Assembly: GCA_040285855.1 (NCBI GenBank)
Contig: JAUFOQ010000002.1
Location: 806,001 to 870,000 of the forward strand
Direction: 5' to 3'
From: Eukaryota sp. GEM-RC1
Taxonomy: Eukaryota
DNA length: 64,000 bases
In this document: piece by piece, positions 39,404 to 51,457 of the stretch
How the letters are laid out: each line of letters starts with the position of its first letter
Numbering within the stretch: position 1 is the stretch's first letter
Notes under the pieces: generated by a model
Seen by the model: the letters and a program-made list of their open reading frames with translations, nothing else
The model's database searches: none
Told to the model about the DNA's origin: nothing
Position numbers and translations under genes: made by a program

Positions 39404-40347
39404 ATGAGCGATTCAGTGAACTTAGTGATCCGAACTCCCGATCCTCGATCTCGATTGGATCTAAATCAAGTCCCTCGTACTCTGACCATCTTAGAACTCA
39501 AAAATCTCATTAGTGAACAATTCCCAACCCCAGCACCAGTAGAACATCAGAAACTCATATTTATGGGAAGAGTTCTCGACAATAATGATAAAACTCTCTT
39601 AGAAATATTACCTGGTCGAGCACCACTAGTTCAACTGAGCTTAGTAGTTTCCGATCCTTCTCAACAGTCCACCTCTACTCCTGCTTCACCAGTTGTGGTT
39701 TCTTCTCCAGTTATTCAACGTCGACCTCCACCCCAACCACGTAATTACTCCTCTTCTATGGGAACAACTGTACAGGAAGTGCCACGTGATGTCTGGACAT
39801 ACCTAGAAAACGTCCGTGACTCTCTATCAGCAAAACATCGAGATCGACAACGGAAACGTCCTCTTTTTCCAGGGAACCAGTTCCTAATCAAGAGTACGAT
39901 CTCCCTGAAAACTATGTTCGTCTACTAACACATCTCCCCCCGGCTACCCCTGCTGCTACTCAACCTCTGATTGGTATACCTAGGAATATTAACCGTCAAC
40001 TTCTTCGGTATTTCATTGGAGGGTTGGTGCTAGCGCTGTTCGTGGGGAATCAAGCTGGGTTTAACTCTGTTCTGTGGTTAATCCTCTTGGTTTCTCTTTT
40101 CACATGTTTGTTCTTTGTCACTAAATTTGCAATTACACGACTTCAATTGGAAAACAATGGGAGGTTTATTGACAGATTTGTACATGGTTTCATGCTCTTT
40201 ATTTACTCGTTGTTTCCTGCTGTTAGGCCTGATGCCCTCGTGCCACATCGTCCTCAACAACACCAGCCCGACGACCAACCTCAGGAACAGCCACAAGAAG
40301 ACCCAGCTGCAGAGGAAGTGGAACAACAACAAGAAGAACAAGAGTAA
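39404..40347 (+). CDS. Herp/Usa1-like ubiquitin-like-domain membrane protein (ERAD), one frameshift
   Basis: ATG 39404. UBL VNLVIRTPD...TILELKNLISEQFP..P.VEHQKLIFMGRVL. A -1 shift at T5 39864-39868 joins it to C-terminal TM helices ending FIYSLFP. Confidence 0.7.
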
Positions 40348-40494
40348 TTACTTTGAGTTTCATTTGCTCTCTGTTTTGTTTTTAAATAAGATTCAAGGTT
40401 GTACAGTTCAGAAATTCTTAAATCGGTTATATTGGTACCAATGAAACATTCTATAAGAATGATAATAAATTTGAAAGGGTTTGGGGTTTGCAAA

Positions 40495-41725
40495 CTAAAA
40501 GACTAGACTATAGACTACAAAGAGGACGTAACAACTAACAAAAATGGCTCCGACAGTTCTCGACAATTTAAACTTCGCCAATACAATGGTAATAAAAGCA
40601 ATCATAGTAATCGTGACCAACATAATCCCATCAAACACAATCTCTTCCACGTGAATCACCAAGGTTTGATTAGGATAAATGAACGTATAAATAAACCACG
40701 GAATTCCTGTAGCAATCAAAATATCAAAAAGATTGCCCCCCATCACGTTACTAAATAGAGCGTTACCCATGCCTCTTTTAGCCACTGCAATCGAAGTTAG
40801 AGCTTCCGGAAGACAAGTAAAAGGAGCTAAGAGCAGTAGACCTGTCAACTCGTCATTAAAGTTCAGTTCTTCACCAATGAGTTCTACTGCTTCTACAACG
40901 AAGAACTCCAGGACACCAATGACAATGATGGCGTTGATGAAGGTAAAAGCAAATAGTTTACGCGTTTTTTCAGTTGAGCACGGGATAATTAGAATCGTGA
41001 GTACCATGTTGATTGGCAAACAGAATAGCCACCAAAGTTTGTGGAAGAATCCTTGTGGGACAGTGAAAAGACCTTTATGACCAGGACTCTCCTCAGAGTC
41101 GTCAGAAGTCATAGGAATCACATGTTCACGGAGAGGCCGCATGACTGATTGAGATTTGCGATGCAGGAACTTTTCCATCCACGGAAAGTATTTCTTTGAT
41201 CCTAACACAGCAGTGACAAAAAGACCATAGATAACTAGAAATACAACGGAATCCACTCTAGTAATGGTACTGTCGTATAAAAGTCCATATAAGAAAACAA
41301 GATGAGACCAAAAAGAAGATCACTTCACGAATAACAACACGGAAGTCAAGTAGAAGGGGAGATTTGATGAAGAGGCAAGCAAGTCCAAGAGTTAAAAGAG
41401 TATTGAACACAGTGGCTCCTATTATGTTACTCAGGCCAACGTCATTGTGATCGATGAATAGAGATATGAGTGAGGCAAACAGTTCTGGGACTGAGGCTCC
41501 AATGGCAAGAAAGATAGCACCAGCGATGTCATCATTGACGTTGTAACGAGCGATCAAGACTGTAATGGACTCCATGAAATAGTGTTCGCAGACAAGAGCA
41601 ATTGCTATCACTCCGTATATGACAAAAGCCAGCAACACTAGAAATCTTATTGTTGGATTGATGGGAAGTGGTGGTAACGGTATATTAAAGCTACCTAGGA
41701 GCGACGTAACAGCATGCCTCAGCAT
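40495..41725 (-). CDS. K+-dependent Na+/Ca2+ exchanger (NCKX/SLC24-like), one frameshift
   Basis: Alpha-1 repeat DIAGAIFLAIGASVPELF..SNIIGATVFN and alpha-2 repeat GLLLLAPFTCLPE..GMGNALFSNVMGGNLFDIL. Shift at A4 41279-41282 restores LYDSTITRVDS. Confidence 0.85.
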
Positions 41726-42522
41726 TTAGATGTTGGAACTTAGGGAAAAAGGCACATTTTTGCATGATACCAAAAATGTTCTGGAAACATTTCTAAATGA
41801 GTATGCCTATTACTTTGTTTCTGTTCTGTTCAGTTCAAGACAAAAGTGAACAACTAGTTCTCTGATTACCATGAACTGTGTTGAGCACATCATATGATCT
41901 TTTGTTCTATTATGTTTTCCTTTCCTTTCTGTAGCGACTCAAATTGGGATAACACAAAATTGTCCACAAGATTTATTGTAGTATATATTGTTTATTGTGG
42001 CCTCGAACAATAAGTATATTGTTACAAAAACACCATATCTAGTGTAGTCCATCTATTCAACTTGAACACCTTTTCAGTAGAGCAAACAACGATCTTTGAT
42101 CGACTGAACCGAATTCAATGTCTCAATATGAAGATTTACCTTTACTACTACCTGAAACCAATAGACATTGACGTGAGGATTTGAAATATTCAACCGTATG
42201 TAAAGAGACATGTTTGACATTCAAATGTGCAGCAAGTGTTGGTTACATGTGTTATGATGTGGCAATGTTGAAGTATAGAGAATCTATTTATAAATCATAT
42301 TGTCCTTTCCCCTTGTACTGTAGGTCTACCTATTCAGGTATACAGTATACGTTTACAAAGAAATATTAACAAGGCATCTACATGTCTAACAATTTTGAAA
42401 AACCGGTAAACAGAAAAATCCAAGCAAAACCAGAATCAGTATCTGGTATGGAATGGGATTTGCAATTAGAGCAATGGATCACCAAATGATCGAAAAAGAA
42501 TAAAACATTTATCATTTAGTTG

Positions 42523-43542
42523 ATGACCAATCCTACTTATATTTGGGCAGATGGAGTCTTTGACGCCTTTCACGTCGGACATGCCAACGCTTTTCGTCAG
42601 GCCCGTAAATTGGGAGACCTTCTCTTAGCTGGTGTCCATTCTGACGAAGCTGTTACTCTTCAAAAGGGCGCTGCTCCTGTTTTGACTGAACAAGAACGTG
42701 TCCAAATTGTTGGTGCTTGTAAATGGGTAGATGGTGTGGTCGGTGATGCACCTTGGACTACAGATTTGACTGTTTGTGAGAAGCACGCTGGTCCCAACTT
42801 CTTCGTTGCTCATGGAAATGATGACTCTCTTTCCCATGATGGTTCTGACCCATACGAGTACGTTAAAAAGGCTGGTAAAATGAAGTTCTTTGAGAGAACT
42901 AAGGGTGTTTCCACTACAGACCTCGTTAGTCGCCTACTTGATCATGAATCCAACGAAAAACTGCCAGAGGAGGAACGTTCACCTTACACTGGTGGTAATT
43001 CCTTTACTCTGACTGCTTCTCTTCTTTCTGCTTTCTATGACCAATGTAGTCCTAGAAAACCAACTGATTCTGTTGCCTACATTCACGGAGCTTTTGATAT
43101 CCTCCACCCTGGTCATATAGAAGTCATTGCATATGCCAAGGAGCATTATGATCATGTAATTGTTGGTGTGTGGTCTGATGAAGATGTCAGTGCTGCTAGA
43201 CAGGCTCCATATCCTATTCTTTCGATGCAAGAACGTGCACTGATGGTCCTATCTCTTCGAGGAGTTGATGACGTGATCTTAGGGTCACCTTCAGTTGTAA
43301 CTGACAAGTTTTTGGCTTCATTGAATATTGATAAGGTACTAAGTGGACCTGTTGCTTACGTTGGATTTAATCCTAATGAAGGAGTTTCGGAGGGATCTTT
43401 GGAGGTATTTAATTCATCGTGTCCGGAATTCTCTTTTCAGACACTTAGTGATCGAGTTTTGTCTAGAAGAGATGTGTATGAAAAAAGAAATAAGTTAAAG
43501 CAAGCGAGAGAAATTGAATCTCTAAAAAATAAATGTAATTAA
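42523..43542 (+). CDS. PCYT2: Ethanolamine-phosphate cytidylyltransferase
   Basis: Two cytidylyltransferase domains: WADGVFDAFHVGHANAFRQA, RTKGVSTTDLVSRLL, and GAFDILHPGH...YPILSMQERALMVL. Confidence 0.92.
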   Translation: MTNPTYIWADGVFDAFHVGHANAFRQARKLGDLLLAGVHSDEAVTLQKGAAPVLTEQERVQIVGACKWVDGVVGDAPWTTDLTVCEKHAGPNFFVAHGNDDSLSHDGSDPYEYVKKAGKMKFFERTKGVSTTDLVSRLLDHESNEKLPEEERSPYTGGNSFTLTASLLSAFYDQCSPRKPTDSVAYIHGAFDILHPGHIEVIAYAKEHYDHVIVGVWSDEDVSAARQAPYPILSMQERALMVLSLRGVDDVILGSPSVVTDKFLASLNIDKVLSGPVAYVGFNPNEGVSEGSLEVFNSSCPEFSFQTLSDRVLSRRDVYEKRNKLKQAREIESLKNKCN

Positions 43543-44849
43543 TAGAACATTGTGTTGCAATGTACTACATGTAAAGAGTTTTACGCTATAGACAGGGTTG
43601 ACTGTACTCATTGACACTTGGACTATGATTGATAGTTTTGTTTCTATCACACTTCTAACGTTAGTTTGAATTTGAACCACATTTATACTAACAATAACAT
43701 TAATTGATTCTAAAAGGAGCACACCAAGAACTCAACATAACCCTCAAAGGTGATAGGTAATTTGCTGGGAGCATTCTGTTTCAGCTTATAAAATTGAATT
43801 AAAATATCTGTGCATTGAACGAAGCAACGTAAACGTTAACCTACTCAACCAAAAATTACAAGATGAATGAAAAAAGGAAACCAGGTTGCATCACTGTTGT
43901 TATGTTAATTATTGGTGTTCAGTTTCTAGTCAGCTGAATGGCACCATGTGGAGTTGAACTCCGTTTATCAACGATAGATATTTTAAATTTTTGCTGCAAG
44001 CAACCTCTGTACTACCAACAGTACGAACTATAACACAGTTTGATAGACATTGAGATTCAGAAGATGAGTACGAATGTACAAAACTGATATTATTGTGCCT
44101 ACAATACTAAAGACATATCAAATACAAGTAATACAGAACTATGTTTATTCACAAATATAGTGTCCAACAATAAACAACAAGGACATTATCAGAGAGAGGT
44201 CGTTACCACACCCTTTGGGTGATTTGGCATTCAGTGCAGAGTTTGTGCTTTTCAGGACATCGGGGACAAGCGTTATCTGTCCACTCATCTTGGGGGGAAG
44301 ATTCACTACAAGAACAGCAAACGTAGAAGATCATTAAACCAGAAGTATGTCAAGAACGAAACCCGATTTGGACATAAATGACTAGCTCAAAATTGGAGAT
44401 CAAATTTCCTATTTTGGTTGACCTACACAGACTCCATCTTAGAGATCAAGCTGAAGCACATACAGATATAGTGCTACCAACAATGATTTTGAGGCTCGCC
44501 AATTTCGATGGGAGTGGAGTTTACTTTACAGAAAGCTTGAATTCTTATCATCTGAAAATACATCGTCATCAAACGGGTCCTAATACAAGCATGTTCTTCA
44601 CTATGCTTGTATTGAGTTCTCATAAAACGAGTCTATTGAATAATAAATGATTTTTCAAACAAGGTAATATTAATTGATCACTAAAACAAGCCTCACTCAT
44701 CAATTTCTTGATCAATCAAGGTTTAAATTAATCTTATCCTTATTTTAAGAAGTACAGGCTGCCGTTTAATTAAGAAGCTGGCTCAGTGACTATAGAATGC
44801 AATTACAATTGTTGTGGCAATTGTAAGTCCTTTTCGTTCTAACAATTCC

Positions 44850-45520
44850 TGGAGAATCAGTAGTGCTTGTCCGACCTGAATTCTTGTGAATGCTGGAATT
44901 CTAATTGCTAAAACATTTTGTACAATTACAAAATCGTCGCATTGCAACTCTTAAACATGTAATTAATTGCCCCAAATTTATTCAATTTCGTTCTGTTCTT
45001 CTTAATGCTGTCAGAGATGTTACATTTGAAATGTTTAAAGCTCATGGCAGTAAGTTGAGTTCTGATTTAATTAGGAATTCTCGTCGAGGTGACTTACATG
45101 GTTCTTTTATTGATTCTAGTCAAATTATCCTTGATGTTACAACAGTAGATCCATGTGCTCAAGTTTATGTTAATGGCTTAAATTCAAAAGGTTTCAATCA
45201 CCTAGAAACAGCTGAAAAACGTAAAATTGATTTGTATTCAAAATTTATATTTGTTCCACTGTTTCTGCTTTTTGAAATACTGTATTGGTGAAACGACTTC
45301 TCAGTTTTTAACTGATTTTGGATCCATGGAATAAAAGATTTCACTTATCAATTTGGCATAACCGATATATTTTTTTTGTTCCATGCCGAATTTTTTAAAT
45401 CAATTATCACAAAGTTGTATAAGAACTGTGGTTCTGTTGATCAGGAATTTTCTGTGTCTAGTGTTTCATAGCTTCTATCACGACATGTATTTTTGTGCCC
45501 TTAATCGATATACTTTTCTT
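44850..45520 (+). mobile_element. RLE non-LTR retrotransposon 3' fragment
   Basis: HVINCPKFIQFRSVLLNAVRD...RRGDL...IILDVTTVDPC...AEKRKIDLY...FVPL. Confidence 0.8.
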
Positions 45521-45984
45521 TATTTTGTACAGTCTGTCGTAGAAATGTCTGAAACAGTCGCTAAGACTAATAACCGTTCATCGTACTAAACACATCTACT
45601 ATTTGCAATACAGTGATTATTATTAGAGAAGCAAATCAAGTATGACATTTTCTGTGCCTTTATTAGGACCTTCCTTGCATTGGATCCTTGCTTGTAATCA
45701 GACGATAATTAAGAATTATAGTTATTATTAATCATGTCGTTAAGGGAAATACATGAACTGGTTCATGATAACACAGATGTTCTCAGACCATTTGGAACCG
45801 ATGAATTACAATTACTGTAATTCTTAGTCTTCAATTTATTAAAAAAAGTGAGGTGCATTCATTTTATACTAGTAATTCAAAAGACACAAATAAAGCTGAT
45901 GCCTATCGGCAAACCAGGAAATCATAAACAAGGCAAATAAACAAACGAATAAATCTAAAACACACATAATAACATAGACTTTGA

Positions 45985-46799
45985 TTACGAAGGCTTAAAC
46001 AAAAAGTCAGCAAACGGTGGTCGCAATGAGGGATCGTGAATGTAAGGACAAACATCTCCACGACGACAACCCTTTTTACCACTAAAGAAATGACACGGCC
46101 GAACCTTATTGGATCTCGCCTTTTGGAACAAACCATTAGTGAAATCCGGACCTCTTACATCATAGGGTAACTGGGACTCCGGATATAGACTTCGAGGAAA
46201 CGGATTGTCTGATGAATATACTATTTTATTAGGAATTGGCTTAGGTTGGAGCGGCGGTGGGGCAACATGGACAAAAGGAGGATTCTGAGGCACGGGATTT
46301 GGTATGGGCAATGCGAAACCTCCTCCCAGCGACGACAACAAGGCAGACAGAGTATCTGTGAGATCTTTGGGAGAAGAAGGGGTGTTAGTCCATTGTGTGG
46401 AGTGTATTTCACAGGATTGGGGACACTAGAAATATGCTTTTGAACTATAGAGAACAAACTATGTTCAGGAGGGGTACCAAGATGACCAGCAGGATACAAA
46501 CTTACTAAAGGCTCCCATACAATTTCTGCGGGAACAATTCCCTGAGGGTTTGCTCCATCTGACAATGCAGTCTCTGGGATAACAACCCATTCATTTGGAT
46601 CAGGATGATAATCATGAATCTCCACTAACTCAGATTCTGGTGCGAAACGTACACGTTGACCTTTTGTGTTGACATTTCCAGAAATCCTAGGTTGTACTAT
46701 ATCTGTTGGAGTTGGACTTTCGCATCGACTTGTCTTTATCGGGGGGAAACTACAGAGTCTGTTTTCACCTTCATAAATGTCCTTGGATACAATTGACAT
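45985..46799 (-). CDS. PNUTS/Ppn1-like PP1-targeting protein with C-terminal CCCH zinc finger, one frameshift
   Basis: RVxF motif in RVRFAPESELVEI. CCCH finger PCHFFSGKKGCRRGDVCPYIH. A -1 shift at G4 46379-46382 joins the two ORFs. Confidence 0.6.
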
Positions 46800-47268
46800 C
46801 AGCAAATAGCTTATAAATGTCAAATAACAGTGACGCGTTGAGATAAACTCAGGGGAGAAAATTGGTTTGACAAGATTTCTGATCTTAATTGCCTAGGCTG
46901 CGACTACAAAAACATTCTTTGGTGCTAATTCTCTGTTGTTTTCTGCGAGTGTATCAACTGAGGATAAACCTGGTGATTTAATTCATCTACTTCTAAAGGA
47001 TATAGCTATCGAATTAACACCAAGAGCTCCTAATGTATTAGCTAGACTAATCAAACAGTACTACTACAGTAGTAGTCGTGTACTAAAAAATCGAAGAATG
47101 AACGATTGGAGAATCAAGATCTTTTTAACACGCTTTTACATAATTGGAAACCTTCTGGAAATTTGAGTTATTGATGTGGTGTTTTTGAGTGCTACATGGT
47201 GACCTGACGATATGAGATCATATTTTGTTTAAAAAATAGTCACCAGTAGAAATTGTTTCTCCAAAGAT

Positions 47269-47390
47269 CTACATAAAACAGTGTAATTAGTGTGGCCACA
47301 CTAATTCTATACAAGTGTTTCAGCATCGGACCACACCAATTGTTAATCTTACTTATTTAAAATCCACACAAATTACACTGTTTATTGTAG
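47269..47390. mobile_element. Small MITE with about 27-bp inverted ends (TA-flanked)
   Basis: CTACATAAAACAGTGTAATTAGTGTGG vs the reverse complement of the right end CTACAATAAACAGTGTAATTTGTGTGG (24/27). Confidence 0.65.
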
Positions 47391-47848
47391 TAGTGTATTT
47401 GTTATTTTTGTTTGACACTAATATACGATTTCGTTAGAATAATCAGAATTGCTAATAGAGTCTGGTCTTGTTGATTGATTAGGAGGCATTTAAATGGAAA
47501 GCTTAATTTATCTAATAGATACTTCTTAGTTTGATAAGAACAAGTGACCAACAAATCGCTGTATGTTCAATGACACTTCAACTTAGTGGATGACTGCCTT
47601 CTAATAGTTTGCTTTTTATCCAAAAAGTCAATATCGTTACAACAACTTAAAGTGCACACATTGTATTGACAATGCAATAAAACCAACTAAAAGTTAAAGT
47701 GCGATGGGTTCTAGTAGTACAGAACTAGGAATGAGCTAAAAAATACCACCAGTTTGCTTAAACAATAAAGAGAAAAGTAACAAAAACATTAGAATGAAAT
47801 ACAATAAACAAAACTTCAATAAGCATGTGATTAGAAAAGAAATTATCA

Positions 47849-48784
47849 TCAAATGCCCACCTTCCATAACCGCAACAATCCAATATCGTCACCACTTGCT
47901 ACAATCAACTCACTAGGATGCCAACTGACAGTATTAACATCACTGCCATGAGCATTCTCCAAGTGACAAAGAACACAAGGAGATGTTGCGTCACTTACAT
48001 CAATCAAAGAAAGTGAATGGTCTCCTGAAGCAACTGCCAACATACTATGTTTGGCATTATAATCCAACTCATAAGTAGTATGACGTGAGGGCAACTTGAA
48101 CTCCGAAATCTTCTTCCAATCAGATCCTTCCCTGCCCCAAGTGATTAAAACGTTATCACCACCAGAAGAGAAAAGGAACTCCCCACATGGAGAAAAACAC
48201 AACGCCCAAATAGTGTCTGAATGCCCAGTTAACACCTTGTCCTCAACAAACAACCCATCATCATCTCTCCACAATCTCACAGTGTTATCGTAGGATCCGG
48301 AGGCTAGAAGTTGACCAGATAAATGCCACGCTACACACTTCACATCTTGCTCATGTCCATGCAATACAGAAACAACTTCAAAGTCATCACACATCGAATC
48401 ATATTCCCAGACCCACACCAGTCTATCCCTTGAACAAGAGGCCAACTGTCCACGGGAGGAGAACTTGGCACACTTGACTTCACACTCATGGCCTTCGATA
48501 CGTTCCATTTTGAAAATAGAATCGTCTAAATAAAAGAAGGCCATTGACTTATCAAATGATGCTGAAACAAAGGCACATGAATCGTTGCGCCATGCTACCC
48601 GGCGTACAGCTCTAGAGTGTTCATGAATAGTCTTTTGTAAGGAAAGAGTGTGGTTGGCGAAGGAATAAATATTCACTGAACAATCAGCAGATGAAGAAAG
48701 GAGAGAGTTTCCATCGGGAGAAAAAGCAACAGACCAGATCCTGTCAGAATGGGACTCTAATTGAGAGAGAAGAGTGAGGGACAT
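47849..48784 (-). CDS. CIAO1: Cytosolic iron-sulfur assembly protein CIA1 (WD40)
   Basis: HSRAVRRVAW, SASFD, EGHECEVKC, SCSRDRLVWVWE, GHEQDVKCVAWH, SGSYDNTVRLW, AHGSDVNTVSWHP. Confidence 0.93.
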   Translation of the reverse strand: MSLTLLSQLESHSDRIWSVAFSPDGNSLLSSSADCSVNIYSFANHTLSLQKTIHEHSRAVRRVAWRNDSCAFVSASFDKSMAFFYLDDSIFKMERIEGHECEVKCAKFSSRGQLASCSRDRLVWVWEYDSMCDDFEVVSVLHGHEQDVKCVAWHLSGQLLASGSYDNTVRLWRDDDGLFVEDKVLTGHSDTIWALCFSPCGEFLFSSGGDNVLITWGREGSDWKKISEFKLPSRHTTYELDYNAKHSMLAVASGDHSLSLIDVSDATSPCVLCHLENAHGSDVNTVSWHPSELIVASGDDIGLLRLWKVGI

Positions 48785-48804
48785 TTGAAGACAACTTTTC
48801 TATC

Positions 48805-50867
48805 ATGGGCCGTGGACGTGCAGGCTCAATTGCACCTACAGCTGAGCCATCAAAGGCTATTCTAGTAGCATCTTCTTTCTCCAGCTATTATCCTCTTGCT
48901 GATGAACATCATGAAGGTCTTCTTCCAATGATCAATACTAAAGCCATTGACTACTCTCTTGAAGCACTAGAAAACTCTGGTGTAGATGAAATCATTGTGG
49001 TCTGTGCTGGACCCTGTGGTACTTCTCTTGGTGCCTATCTCAACTCTTCTCCTTGGACTTCTCCTACAATGCATCCAAAGGTCAAACCAATCATCAGAAC
49101 GCAAGGTCTCGTTTCCATTGTCGATGCCATTAAACAAGTTGACGAATCAAAACCTATCAGCGGTGATGTTATCTTAATGGATGGTTGCGTTGTCACCAAT
49201 GCCCGACTAGCTGATATCCTTGAATGTCACAAAGCCAAAGTTCAAGCCAATTCCTCTGTTGCTGCCACTGTTTGCTTCTTCTCGTCTTCTGACGTCTCCA
49301 CTAGAGGTGTTACCAATCAATTCCTCCCAGTCATTGACTCCGATTGCAACCTTGTTTCCCTTGTCCACCCGTCTGGTCTCCCTGGTCAACCAAAGAACCT
49401 TCGTATTCAGAGGAGGTTGTTCCTTGAGAATAGGAACTTCACTATTGCCAATGATTTGTCTTATTCGGGGATTGCAGTGATTTCGCCCCAATTCTTAACT
49501 TCTGCTTTTGAATTCATTGATGCTAGGGACTTTTGTACGTTAATATCTTCAATTCTTGCTTCTGATCTCTTATCAATCAAGATCTCTACAATCACGTCCA
49601 AATTCAATGACTATCTTTCCTTCCGCGTAGACTCCCTCCCTAACTTTCTCTCACTTCAACTCTTCATGGCTAAACGTTGGCTCTATCCCTTAGCTCCTGA
49701 AGTTCCCATTGGCCACTCTTCCAGTGGTGTGAGGTTCTCTAGGCTTGGTATCTACAAGGGTTATTACGTGAACTATGATAGGAGCAGCGTTGTTGGAAAG
49801 TATTCTGTTTTGGAGGATCATTGCTCAATTGGAGCTAATTGTGAGGTGATTGATAGTGTGATTAAGAGTAGGGTCAAAATAGGTCATAATTGTCACGTGA
49901 AAGGATCGTTTATAGGAGAGGCAAGTATTCTAGAAGATAACGTATCTATTGGAAAAAGTCTAGTAGCTTCAAAAGCTTACCTTTGTTCAGGTGTTGTGCT
50001 GAAGAAGTTCTGTATTGTTGGAAATGGAGTCTGTTTACCAAAAGGATTCGAGTTGGATGACGGTCAGATTGCATCACGAGAGAAGTTGAGCTATTTCGAT
50101 GATTTAGACACATTGAATGTTACCCATCCTAGTACTGGTAAGATTGTGAGAGTGTTTATTTACCAATCGAATATTTCAAAAATTGTTCAGAGCTCTACTA
50201 CAGTCCATGATTGTGCTCTCATCACGTCATCATACCCTTTCACCCACGAACCAATCGATCAAGACGTTTCCTCTCTTCGCTCTCCTTTTTCAAGGAAGTT
50301 TCTGAGTATCTGTCAGCGGCTTACAAGGATCATTTTTCTATTGACAATGTTGGTGTTGAGATACATAGTTTAAGGTGTGCCCATGCCAAAACACCTCCAG
50401 AATGTGCGTGTGCTATTGTTATTTGCTTTGTTGAGATTGCTATTCGTTCCATACTTCCTGATTATCAACAGTTCTCAGATATCGAACCGACTGAAAGTCA
50501 AATAACTGTCATTATTGAAGAGCTTTCGATTCTTTTAGACCTTTATAGTTCTGTTGTTCTACAGTTTCTTGGTATTGGGGGTCGGGAACGGCAAGCAAAC
50601 GAAGTCCTCGTGATTGAAACTATTGTTGATCTGGGAGGGGAGATTGAGATGCTTCTGTGTTTCTTTCAACAAATTCTTCATGCTTTGTATACAGCAGATA
50701 TTCTATCGGAGGATTCTATTCTGCAGTGGTATCGTGGAGCATTGGAAGAAGACGATGAAGAGATTGACTCTATTTATGCTCGAAAGTGCCAGGTCTTTGT
50801 AGAGTGGTTAGAGAATGCAGAGGAAGAGAGTGAAACTGAAAGTAGTGATGACGATAGTAGTAGTTGA
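48805..50867 (+). CDS. EIF2B5: Translation initiation factor eIF2B epsilon, one frameshift
   Basis: KAILVASSF...LLPMIN..IDYSLEAL, RWLYPLAPE, hexapeptide left-handed beta-helix, W2 domain LYTADILSEDSILQWY...FVEWLENAEEES. A -1 shift at T5 50286-50290. Confidence 0.9.
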
Positions 50868-51457
50868 TTTGTGACTTGTTTTAATTTATATCCTAAACTT
50901 CTTTTGGTTTTGCTTTCTGTGTAGATAGTAATACAACTTTTGATCAATGTAACAAATTTGATTTTCAGTATGCGCAACAAGGTGTAGTTCCACAATCATT
51001 AACACCGATCAAGTGAAACACAAGAGTTATTTCAACAGCACATCTCTCAGTCATTTCAAGTCCTTGATCTACAACATTTTACTGTTAAGAGACAATATCC
51101 AGTACACTCAGTAGCAGCTATTAATTTATTGTAAACTAGAAACTGTGTTTGCTGACAGTACAAAGTGATCCTACAATTTGAATTAATCCTATAATTAGAA
51201 TGCATACGCTAGCTCAGATTGTATGTTCTCAAACGAATAAATTACGGAATACTATCCTACAGTACATTCATGTCCAATTGATCCGAATGCTGAATGTAAA
51301 AAATACACTTGTCATTCTGCCATTTCAATGTTCGTCACAACCCACAATGGAGGTACTGTCACAATTTTCTATTCGGATGACTAGGAACAGTTTTGTTACG
51401 AACAGTCATTTTTGACAGAAAAGATAGAAAAGATGATTCTTTCTTAATTTAGAACAA

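Noticed and set aside
44232..44380. Matrin/U1-type zinc finger-like CRVC...HLGGKIH
   Set aside because: Bounded by in-frame stops with no start or context. A decayed fragment only.
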